63,698 nucleotides of DNA from a bacterium. Its GTDB lineage: Bacteria > Patescibacteriota > Minisyncoccia > JBBINA01. The notes below the pieces were generated by a model. It ran no database searches. It saw only the letters and a list, made by a program, of their open reading frames with translations, and was not told the origin of the DNA. The stretch is from NCBI GenBank assembly GCA_037444125.1, contig JBBINA010000005.1, positions 1 through 63,698 on the forward strand, given 5' to 3'. Below, in pieces: positions 37,690 through 46,156 of the stretch. The translations under genes and the position numbers were made by a program. Position 1 is the first letter of the stretch; the number at the start of each line of letters is the position of its first letter.

Positions 37690-38628
37690 ATGAAAAAATT
37701 AATAGCAGTATTCGTCGCAGTTGCCACTTTGGGTGTTTACGGCTTTGCCGCTGCTCACCCAGATGTGACTTTTGTGGTTTCCAACAGTAACAATGCTAAC
37801 GTTATAAATACTTTAGGATCTCTTTCTACTACTGGCAACAACTTAATTACCGCTGATCAAGATGTAGAGGATGGCGAAATTACTACTGGCAATGCCGAGA
37901 CTGAAGGCACAGTTTCAAATGATATTAACCAAAACTCGGCTGGCATGGACGTTTATGCTGGTTCCGATGTATCTGTAGCTATTAGCAATGAAAATAATGC
38001 CACTGTAAATAATACTGAACTATTGGCAGCTGAAACAGGTGAAAACGAAATTTCAGCTGACCAAGATGTTGGTAGTGGCAGAATCACTACAGGCAATGCC
38101 AAGGCTACAGGTAAAATTGGTAGCGTAAGTGGTATTAATCTTAATGTGGCGGAGTTGCAGATTGGTGATCCTGCTTCTTCTTGCGATGACTGCACTGGCG
38201 TTGATGATGTAAGTGTCTCAATTGAAAATAACAACGAAGCAAATTTAGAGAATATCGTTGTTCCTGTCGGTGATACAGGCGAAAACTTGATTACCGCTGA
38301 ACAAGATGTCGGTTCTTGCGATAGTTGTGGTTCAGGCGAAGCTACTATTGATACTGGCGATGCTGAAGCTAATGGTGAAATTGAGAATGATGTTAATCAA
38401 AATCAAGCTCAAGGTGGCATTTACGGCTCCAGTGATGTCATGGCCGTCGTAACTAACGGTAATGACGACCTTCAGTCGAATACCGTCACGCCAGTAGCTA
38501 ATTCCGGCACTAATGAAATTTCAGCTACACAGGATGTCTCTGGTTCAACCATTACGACTGGTTTAGCCAAAACCACATTGAAAATCATTAACCGCAAGAA
38601 TATCAGCATAACAGATTTCGACTTCTAA
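37690..38628 (+). CDS. Secreted four-repeat N/T/G/D-rich protein, paralog A1 (predicted beta-solenoid)
   Basis: Sec signal MKKLIAV...GFAAA; four ~65-80-aa repeats; CDDC and CDSC loops; RBS GAAAGGAGGTG. Confidence 0.85.
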   Translation: MKKLIAVFVAVATLGVYGFAAAHPDVTFVVSNSNNANVINTLGSLSTTGNNLITADQDVEDGEITTGNAETEGTVSNDINQNSAGMDVYAGSDVSVAISNENNATVNNTELLAAETGENEISADQDVGSGRITTGNAKATGKIGSVSGINLNVAELQIGDPASSCDDCTGVDDVSVSIENNNEANLENIVVPVGDTGENLITAEQDVGSCDSCGSGEATIDTGDAEANGEIENDVNQNQAQGGIYGSSDVMAVVTNGNDDLQSNTVTPVANSGTNEISATQDVSGSTITTGLAKTTLKIINRKNISITDFDF

Positions 38629-38649
38629 AAAGATTTGAAAGCTATTTCC

Positions 38650-38696
38650 CGGGATCCTGCACCTTCATTACAAATAAGAAGGTGCAGGGAATCCCG
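38650..38696 (+). promoter_or_regulatory. Intercistronic stem-loop between A1 and A2
   Basis: GGGAT-CCTGCACCTTC-(11 nt)-GAAGGTGCAGG-ga-ATCCC; no U-tract. Confidence 0.65.
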
Positions 38697-38751
38697 AAGG
38701 GACAAAATTCATAGGCATTAAAAATAATTTTTTCGAAAGGAGGTGAAAAAA

Positions 38752-39690
38752 ATGAAAAAATTAATAGCAGTATTCGTCGCAGTTGCCACTTTGGGTGTTT
38801 ACGGCTTTGCCGCTGCTCACCCAGATGTGACTTTTGTGGTTACAAACAATAACAACGCGCTGGTGACTAATTCGTTAACAAGCTTAGCAACTACTGGCGA
38901 CAACACTATTTCAGCTGATCAGGATGTGGAAGACGGCGAAATAAGCACTGGCAATGCCGAGACTGAAGGCACAGTTGAAAATGATATTAACCAAAACGCG
39001 GCTCAAATGGAGGTTAATGCCGGCTCAGATGTAACGGCATTGGTTAGCAACACAAATGACGCTTTAGTTACTAACGACGAAACTTTAGCGGCAGATTCAG
39101 GCGAAAATGAAATTACAGCCGAGCAGGATGTAGCCGGAGGTATCATAACTACAGGCAATGCCAAAGCTACAGGTAAAATTGGTAGTTTAACTGGCATAAA
39201 TATTAATGTAGCTAGTTTCATTATTGGTGATCCTACTTCTTCTTGCGATGACTGCACTGGCGTTGATGATGTAACTATAGAGGTTGATAATAGAAACGGC
39301 GCTTCTGTTGAAAATGGAATATTAAGCGATGCTGAAACAGGCGAGAACGAAATTGCGGCTGAGCAAGATGTTGATGGATGTAGTTCCTGCGGTGGCGGCG
39401 GCGCTTTGATTGATACGGGTGACGCCACAGCTGAAGGTGAAATAAAAAATGATGAAAATCAAAATGAAACTACGGGTAGTGTCTTTGCTTCAGGCGATGT
39501 AGATGTTGCGGTAGGTAATAATAATCTAGTTTTTGATTTTAATTCAGTTATTCCAGTAGCCGACACGGGTGCCAACGAAATCAGCGCCAGCGAAGATGTT
39601 AGTGATTCAACAATATCTACTGGTTTTGCAAAAACATTGCTTAAGGTGTTCAACCGCAAGAACATTAGCATAACTGAGTTTGAGTTTTAA
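38752..39690 (+). CDS. Secreted four-repeat protein, paralog A2
   Basis: Same signal peptide, repeat register and CxxC loops (CDDC, CSSC) as A1. The track start at 38743 lies inside the RBS, so ATG at 38752 is used. Confidence 0.85.
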   Translation: MKKLIAVFVAVATLGVYGFAAAHPDVTFVVTNNNNALVTNSLTSLATTGDNTISADQDVEDGEISTGNAETEGTVENDINQNAAQMEVNAGSDVTALVSNTNDALVTNDETLAADSGENEITAEQDVAGGIITTGNAKATGKIGSLTGININVASFIIGDPTSSCDDCTGVDDVTIEVDNRNGASVENGILSDAETGENEIAAEQDVDGCSSCGGGGALIDTGDATAEGEIKNDENQNETTGSVFASGDVDVAVGNNNLVFDFNSVIPVADTGANEISASEDVSDSTISTGFAKTLLKVFNRKNISITEFEF

Positions 39691-39706
39691 GCCAGATTAA
39701 TTTTTA

Positions 39707-39754
39707 TAGGAAGAGGTGCAAGCCTGAATTAAAAGGTTATGTTGCCTCTTCCTA
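39707..39754 (+). promoter_or_regulatory. Intercistronic stem-loop after A2
   Basis: TAGGAAGAGG(T)GCAA...TTGCCTCTTCCTA inverted repeat. Confidence 0.65.
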
Positions 39755-39821
39755 AAGGAGGGGAAAAAAATAAAAAAATATTTTAAAGGTATATTAAAGT
39801 ATAAACGTTAAAAATTATAAA

Positions 39822-40316
39822 ATGCGTTTGTCATCAAAAATTAGAAGGGTAAGTTTGTTTACGATGTTTTTTCTGTTCTTGAGTAGTATTGTCGCGGCAA
39901 AAAGCGTTGTTAATAATGATGTTTTTGTTTCTAGCAATAGTGGCGGCAATACTCTTAAAAACGGCAGAGTCATCGAAGGAAAAGAATTAAACAAAGTTGA
40001 GATTAATACGACTATAGACGGCAAAAAATTAGAGCCAATATCATTTACTCAAACGCAAGATAATAAAAAAATTATTGAAAAAAAGATTGATTATGTTTCG
40101 GAAGATGGTTCTGTTCAAGTGAAAAATTCTGTTAAAAGCGAAATTGGTCAAACAGAGTTTTTTCAGGGCAATAATTTTTTTGAGAGGAAAAACCTGCAAA
40201 TTACAGAAATTGAAGTTAAAAAGAGTCTTATAGAACAATTAAAAAATTCAGTTGCTAATTATTTCGGGTCAATAAGATTAGTTTTAAATGTTTTATTTAA
40301 TAATCTTGTTAGATAA
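39822..40316 (+). CDS. Secreted hypothetical protein
   Basis: Signal peptide ending IVAA; VFVSSNSGGN echoes the A/N-x-T/S-G-x-N repeat motif. Confidence 0.7.
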   Translation: MRLSSKIRRVSLFTMFFLFLSSIVAAKSVVNNDVFVSSNSGGNTLKNGRVIEGKELNKVEINTTIDGKKLEPISFTQTQDNKKIIEKKIDYVSEDGSVQVKNSVKSEIGQTEFFQGNNFFERKNLQITEIEVKKSLIEQLKNSVANYFGSIRLVLNVLFNNLVR

Positions 40317-43300
40317 GGTGAGAAAATTTGTTATTTTGTTTTATGCTTTATGGATAGCATTTAATCCGGTAGTTTTGGTTTTTGCTCAAACTGCTAGCAC
40401 TACTGACATCACCGCCCAGTTGCAACAACAAATTATTTCACAAGTTCAAACACAGACTGCTTCTTTGCCAACTTCAAATTCTATCGTTACTAATCAAAAA
40501 AGTTCAAATGTTAATAGTCAAATTAATAATCAGATAAGTGATGAGTTGGCTAAAATTGAACAAACTCAGCAAGAAGTTCCGATTGAAACTCAACAAAAAG
40601 TAGATGAAGCCTCAAAAGAGGCCGCTAGCAAATTAAACGATAAAAACGCCACAGGTAATAACACTAGCGATAATGAAGCGAATAATAATAACCAATTGCC
40701 GTCTTATGCCTATGATGGACCGATAAATCAAAGTTCAGAAAGTGCTAATTCCAATACCCAAGTTCAAAATTCCAATAATGAAAATGTTAGCACCGTACCT
40801 TCGCCAATGGATAGCGATAACGCTCAAATCTTAACTAACGCCAATATTGATCCAGTGCAGACTTCAGTTGGCGATGTACAGATTTCTGGATCAGTTCAAA
40901 CTGGCAATAATGATGGATCAGTTAAAGTTCAAACCGGTAATGTCAAGATTCAAGGCGAGGTCTTCAATCAAGCCAATACCAATACTGTCAGCGTAAACCA
41001 AACTCATCACAGCAATACTTTGGTAGAAAATAAAAACAAAAATCTTGTGGTTAATCTTTTTGATTATTTTGGCAGTTCAGGGCAAAACACAATTGAAAAA
41101 AATGACGGCCGAGCTGAAATTGATACCGGTAATGTTGATATTAGGCTTAATCTTTTGAATTTAACTAATACTAATATTACTAATTCAACCTGGGGTCAAT
41201 ATTTCTATAATTCCGAAGTTCCTTTAAATCAGGATATTAATATTGAAGAAGCTTGGCATAAAGCCGCGCATGATGATTGCAAATTTGGCGAGTGTGCCGG
41301 TGAATTCAAGGTGGTTAATATGAATGAGTCAACGGTGCAAAATAAGGTTAAGGTGCTGGGGATTTCAGGACAAAATAAAATTAAGGATGCTGACGGTGAT
41401 GGCATAATTAGAACAGGCGATGTCAGAGTGGCTACAAATTTAATTAACTTTTTGAATACTAATCTTACAGGTTCAGAGTGGGATTTAAGCGTTATTAATT
41501 TATTTGATGATTGGAAGGGGGATCTTATTTTGCCCGGCAAGCAAAAATACGATAGCAACAAAAAGAACTACAAGCTTTTCCCCAATACAGTTATTGATAA
41601 TAAAAACGATGTTTTGGTGTCTAATGAAATAGTTCTTGACGCTAATACCGGCAATAACCTAATTGATAATAATGACGGTGTTTCGAAAATAAAGACCGGC
41701 GATGCCCTGACTAAATCCAATATTCAAAATGTCATTAACGCTAATTTTCAAGGCGGAGATTGGTTTCTGGTGATTATTAATCGCTTTAATAACTGGGAAG
41801 GCAAAATTTTTAATAAGCCAACTGAAATTGGGGAACTAGTTCAAGACAAAAGTTTGATTTTTTCGTCATTTTTATCCGACGAAATGCTAAAAAATTTGTA
41901 TCATAATGACGATGAAGCTATTTTGTCAGTTACTAATAATAATCTCGGTGAACTTCGTAATGAAATTCTTATACAAGCTATGACAGGTGGCAATGAAATC
42001 CAGGGAAATGATGGGGATGCTGTTATAGAGACAGGCAAGGCGTTAATTCTGGCAAATGTTTTAAATATAGCTAATGTTTCAATTGCTGGCGGCGATTGGC
42101 ACTTGGCGGTTATTAATGTATTTGGCGATTGGCATGGTAATATTTTCTTTGGTAAACCCGACCTTAAAGTAACAGTTGAGAGTAATAAAACAGAGCTGTA
42201 TCAGCCCGGAGAAATGGTTGAATTAACAGCGATTTATTCCAACACCGGTTCAGCTGACGGCGATAACGCTAATCTCACTATGAGTTATGATTCTGATAAT
42301 TTAAAGCCGCTTTCTTCCACAGATTTAACTCAAAATAAAGGAAAAATCACTTGGGACCTAGGTAAGGTGCCTCAAGGAACAACTAAAAAAATAACTCAAC
42401 GCTTTGAGTATATTGGCAAAAATCCAACAGAAACAACAGCCGAAGTTAATGTGGCAATTGCAAGTCCGGTGCCTGATCTTAATATTGCAGATAATACAAA
42501 AAGCTTAGTTTTGGTTTATAAAAATAATAAGCCAGTTCAAAATCCAAAAGAAAATTCGAATAATAATGGGCAATCGACAAATAATGATAATAACTCAAGC
42601 CAAATGAGCAATAATTCAAGCAATAATCAGCAAAGCAATTTAAACAACAATAACCAGCCAAACTCATCAAATAGTTCGTCGGGTAGTAATAATGGCTCAG
42701 TGTCCGCCACTACTAGTAATTCAATATCCAACTCAAACGCTAATAACATCAGCGGTAGTTTTGGCGGTACCTCAAGTTCCGTTTTACAAGGACCAGTTGA
42801 AATTAGTAAATCCAACTCAACTAAAGGTTCAGTTAAACCAGGAGAGACGGTTAGTTATGTCATCAGAGTTAAAAACATTTCTGTAAGTAATATATATGGT
42901 TTAGTTATTACTGATACGATGAAAAATAGCGCTGGTACTATTATTACTTCTGACCGTTGGGAATTTGAAGAAGTAAAGTCAAACAAAGGTTTTGAAATTA
43001 AATACGATGTCACTATTTCTAATGAAACTCCTTCAGGCATATATACTAACTATGCCAAAATTGAAGGTTTTGATTCTCGTGGTGTAAAATTCACGGCTGC
43101 GGCCCAAAGCGTTATAACAGTGGCAAACGAAACATTATTAATGACTACTCTTCAAAACCAAAATCAAACAAATCTTCAACAAGCTATGATGACAACGCCA
43201 GTTATTAAATCAGATATTCCTGCGGAAAGTTTAATCATTAACAATCAAAAACCTTCAAAAATCCAATATCATCAAAACCTTGCCTATGAAAATACTAACC

Positions 43301-43620
43301 TTTTGCCTAGCAACATAAACAGCGTAGTTAGGAGGGTTAAAGAAACTCTTGGCAAGGTGGCTAATTTTGATTCTCCCAAACCGACGAAATTAGCGAATGG
43401 GACAAATGCTACTTTTACTCCACGGTTTATTAAGAAGGATAGTTTTTATGAAGAAAATGCAAGTGAAGGTATGTTGTTAGCTTCTGGTTTATTAGATAAA
43501 TTGACTAATAATTACCCAAAAATTTTAATCTTATTTGTCGTTATAGTTTATATATCAACATTCCTAAATTTTGGAGTAATATATGAAGGACGAGCTACCA
43601 AAAATCGAAAACGGAAATAA
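40288..43620 (+). CDS. Large membrane-anchored surface protein: Q/N-rich N-terminus, five A1-like repeats, two DUF11-like Ig domains, N/S-rich linker, C-terminal TM helix
   Basis: Repeats of the form G-x-N...I-x-TG[ND]...N-x-x-N-T-N; PDLKVT...PGEMVELTAIYSNTG and VEISKS...PGETVSYVIRVKN; hydrophobic ILILFVVIVYISTFL then RATKNRKRK. Alternative GTG start at 40318. Confidence 0.8.
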   Translation: MFYLIILLDKVRKFVILFYALWIAFNPVVLVFAQTASTTDITAQLQQQIISQVQTQTASLPTSNSIVTNQKSSNVNSQINNQISDELAKIEQTQQEVPIETQQKVDEASKEAASKLNDKNATGNNTSDNEANNNNQLPSYAYDGPINQSSESANSNTQVQNSNNENVSTVPSPMDSDNAQILTNANIDPVQTSVGDVQISGSVQTGNNDGSVKVQTGNVKIQGEVFNQANTNTVSVNQTHHSNTLVENKNKNLVVNLFDYFGSSGQNTIEKNDGRAEIDTGNVDIRLNLLNLTNTNITNSTWGQYFYNSEVPLNQDINIEEAWHKAAHDDCKFGECAGEFKVVNMNESTVQNKVKVLGISGQNKIKDADGDGIIRTGDVRVATNLINFLNTNLTGSEWDLSVINLFDDWKGDLILPGKQKYDSNKKNYKLFPNTVIDNKNDVLVSNEIVLDANTGNNLIDNNDGVSKIKTGDALTKSNIQNVINANFQGGDWFLVIINRFNNWEGKIFNKPTEIGELVQDKSLIFSSFLSDEMLKNLYHNDDEAILSVTNNNLGELRNEILIQAMTGGNEIQGNDGDAVIETGKALILANVLNIANVSIAGGDWHLAVINVFGDWHGNIFFGKPDLKVTVESNKTELYQPGEMVELTAIYSNTGSADGDNANLTMSYDSDNLKPLSSTDLTQNKGKITWDLGKVPQGTTKKITQRFEYIGKNPTETTAEVNVAIASPVPDLNIADNTKSLVLVYKNNKPVQNPKENSNNNGQSTNNDNNSSQMSNNSSNNQQSNLNNNNQPNSSNSSSGSNNGSVSATTSNSISNSNANNISGSFGGTSSSVLQGPVEISKSNSTKGSVKPGETVSYVIRVKNISVSNIYGLVITDTMKNSAGTIITSDRWEFEEVKSNKGFEIKYDVTISNETPSGIYTNYAKIEGFDSRGVKFTAAAQSVITVANETLLMTTLQNQNQTNLQQAMMTTPVIKSDIPAESLIINNQKPSKIQYHQNLAYENTNLLPSNINSVVRRVKETLGKVANFDSPKPTKLANGTNATFTPRFIKKDSFYEENASEGMLLASGLLDKLTNNYPKILILFVVIVYISTFLNFGVIYEGRATKNRKRK

Positions 43621-44470
43621 ATTAACAGTTTTATTTAACAGGCTTACATCTTTTGCTATTATTGTTTTAGTTTTTTTTATAATTGGCGGGTCAATTTTGG
43701 CTATATCTAATAGTCGAGATTTAAAAATAAAAGCTAATATAAATCCAGCTATACAAGTTTCGTCCGGAGAAATTAATTTTAATGACTTAACTTCGGGTCA
43801 AACCAGCACTCAGGAAATTGAGATTAAATTAAGCGACATTTTTAATGAAACCCAGCCGGTAAAATCAGTACATTATGTTATTCATAAATTTAACCAACCC
43901 AAAAATTCGCAAGACCTTACTTATTGCCAGAAAACGACTAATTTTCCTGATATTAGAAATTGGAGCAATTATTCAGCTGAAGATTGGCAGGATTTTATTG
44001 ATTCAGCCTATTTTGAAAAATGCAACTTATCGCTTTGCCCCTTTATTTCTATTAAAAAGTCAACTAATGAGATGTCAGAAAACGGAGCTTTATTTGCGGC
44101 TCGTCCTCAGGTAGTCCAAAATGATTCTGGTTTTTTAGATGTTTTTGTTGAAAACAATGTTCAGAATAGAGACCCCAGTTCTATATTGACAGATACTAGA
44201 AAAAGTGATAAATTTGACTATGGAGTTGATGCCTTTAATTATCCAAAAATAATAGATAATACTTTTGAGTTTACAAAAGCCAAAGGATATTTGGAGAAAA
44301 ATACGGATTCTAGCGATAAATGGCTTGTAACTTTAGAAGCGCCCTGTTTTAAAAATGACTCAAACTGCAATGCAAGGTACAAGGAACTTTTTGACAAGAT
44401 ACCCAACGAACTGGCTAATCAGAATTGGGGTTGCTCGATTTGGTACGAAATAATCAATATTGAAAGATAA
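43583..44470 (+). CDS. Exported Cys-containing protein, TasA-like/Ig-like subunit candidate
   Basis: N-terminal hydrophobic helix; KIKANI strand, EINFNDLTSG, LCPF, DKWLVTLEAPC and WGCSIWYEI. Confidence 0.65.
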   Translation: MKDELPKIENGNKLTVLFNRLTSFAIIVLVFFIIGGSILAISNSRDLKIKANINPAIQVSSGEINFNDLTSGQTSTQEIEIKLSDIFNETQPVKSVHYVIHKFNQPKNSQDLTYCQKTTNFPDIRNWSNYSAEDWQDFIDSAYFEKCNLSLCPFISIKKSTNEMSENGALFAARPQVVQNDSGFLDVFVENNVQNRDPSSILTDTRKSDKFDYGVDAFNYPKIIDNTFEFTKAKGYLEKNTDSSDKWLVTLEAPCFKNDSNCNARYKELFDKIPNELANQNWGCSIWYEIINIER

Positions 44471-44895
44471 TGAATTTTTTTAAAGGCAAAACAGAAAAGA
44501 AACTGTTTTGGACAGGAATTATTGTTTTTATAATTGTTTTTATTGTTATTGTCATTTCAAGACAAGTGAGTTTTGATATTTATGTAACAGTAATACCCTC
44601 AAAAAATGTTTTAGAAGTTAATTTTGATTCTCATCACATTAATTTCGGAGTTGTTAGCCCTGGATTTGTTGCGCATAAATATATTGATCTTAAGAACGAT
44701 TCTAAATTGACTAATGTTTTTTACATAAAAATTAAAGGCGAGATTGCCAGTTGGCTAAAAACTGATAATAGTCTTTTTGCCGTGAAACCTGAATCATCAA
44801 GACAAATACAACTTACCTTATCAGTTCCTAAAATAGTAAAATTTGGGACTTATAAAGGCGTGATAAGGCTTTATAATTTTTATACTATTTTTTAA
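44470..44895 (+). CDS. Small exported Ig-like protein
   Basis: TM/signal segment, then HINFGVVSPG...IDLKN...VKPESSRQIQLTLSVP...GTYKGVIRL; TAATG coupling on both sides. Confidence 0.7.
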   Translation: MNFFKGKTEKKLFWTGIIVFIIVFIVIVISRQVSFDIYVTVIPSKNVLEVNFDSHHINFGVVSPGFVAHKYIDLKNDSKLTNVFYIKIKGEIASWLKTDNSLFAVKPESSRQIQLTLSVPKIVKFGTYKGVIRLYNFYTIF

Positions 44896-46154
44896 TGCGC
44901 GGTTTTTTTACACGCAAAATAAGCTTATGTTTAGTTATGGCAGTAATAGCTGTTTTGATATGGCCTAGTAAAATTTTGGGTTTTGAAGCTTATCAGGTTA
45001 GAATAAACGCGGTACTTCGGCCTCAAGACCAGATATCTCCTCCGCCCCAACAGCAATGCGAAACAGTTGTTTTAGAAGGCAATATGAATATTGCTAGTAT
45101 GACTTTTAGAAATAAAAGTGTTATTTTAAAAACTGGCAGCGTTTTAGTTCCTAAGCTGTCAAATATTAATCTTTATGTGGGATGCGATTTTATAATTGAA
45201 AGAGGCGCTTCAATTGATGTCAACAATGCCCAAGATGGTTTTATCCGTTTGATAATAGGACAGAATTTAATTTTAAATGGTAAAATTTTAGCTAAATCCA
45301 ACGGTACACCTTCGTCTGTTCGAATTTCAACTGGAGCAGACGCTCTTATTAACGGCGAAATTGATAGCTCAGGTTCTGCTTCTGCCGGTATGATAAGAAT
45401 TGATAGCAACAGAAAACTTGTAATAAATTCTCAAAGCATTAGAGCTAATTCATTAGACGGCACAGCCGGAGAAATTAGACTTAATGTACTTGATGATTTA
45501 GAAATTAATGGGAAATTGGAAGCTAAAGGTATTAATATTAATGCTTCAGGTGGTTCTATAAGAGCTGTTGTTGAGGGCAAAGTAGCTATTGCTGGCGTTA
45601 TAGATGTATCAGGCAATCAAAAAGGCGGCAGTATTAGAATTTCTGCTGAAAAAAACATTAATTTAGAAAACAGTGGTCAAATTAATTTTTCTTCTCAAAA
45701 TGGTAATGGCGGTATAGTTATAATCAATACGGGTAAAGATTTAGAAATTAAAGGTTCTTTGATTGGCGATGGTTTAAGGTCTGGAGGGTCGTTTATAGCT
45801 ACAATTGATAAAGACTCTTTAATCACGGGTATTATAACGGCAAACGCTTTTGATCCTAGTTCAGGAGAAGGCGGTGTTATTGGTTTAAATGCTAGTAATG
45901 GAAATCTAATAATTTCAGGCAAGCTTGAGGCTAAAGGCAAAACAAAAAACGGATCAATTAATTTAACTTACTGTTCTAAAAATTTTTCGGGCGCTCAATT
46001 TAATCCTTTACCCTCAGAAGTTGATAATTGTCCTAATATTCAAAGTTTAACAACTGAAAATTCGCTTTATACTCCAATTCAAACTAATACATTTTTTATG
46101 AGCCAAATTGACAGCCCTTTGCTGAATTATTTTAATATTTTTATAAAAAAATAA
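44895..46154 (+). CDS. Secreted Gly-rich beta-helix (adhesin-like) protein
   Basis: Signal peptide, then FEAYQVRINAV, then about 8 repeats of the form GG-x-I-x-I-x-A-x-x-D/N-L-x-I-x-G-x-I-x-A. Confidence 0.7.
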   Translation: MRGFFTRKISLCLVMAVIAVLIWPSKILGFEAYQVRINAVLRPQDQISPPPQQQCETVVLEGNMNIASMTFRNKSVILKTGSVLVPKLSNINLYVGCDFIIERGASIDVNNAQDGFIRLIIGQNLILNGKILAKSNGTPSSVRISTGADALINGEIDSSGSASAGMIRIDSNRKLVINSQSIRANSLDGTAGEIRLNVLDDLEINGKLEAKGININASGGSIRAVVEGKVAIAGVIDVSGNQKGGSIRISAEKNINLENSGQINFSSQNGNGGIVIINTGKDLEIKGSLIGDGLRSGGSFIATIDKDSLITGIITANAFDPSSGEGGVIGLNASNGNLIISGKLEAKGKTKNGSINLTYCSKNFSGAQFNPLPSEVDNCPNIQSLTTENSLYTPIQTNTFFMSQIDSPLLNYFNIFIKK

Positions 46155-46156
46155 TT

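Noticed and set aside
39003-39671. Long antisense ORFs over A1/A2 (also over the 40288, 44895 and 57692 genes)
   Set aside because: They are shadows of stop-poor, repetitive sense-strand coding sequence and have no RBS or motifs.
37690-39690. A1/A2 as direct CsgA or FapC homologues, or as outer-membrane barrels (C-terminal F-x-F)
   Set aside because: The repeat length and consensus differ from curli and Fap, and no secretion-channel or other outer-membrane genes are visible. Treated as analogy only.
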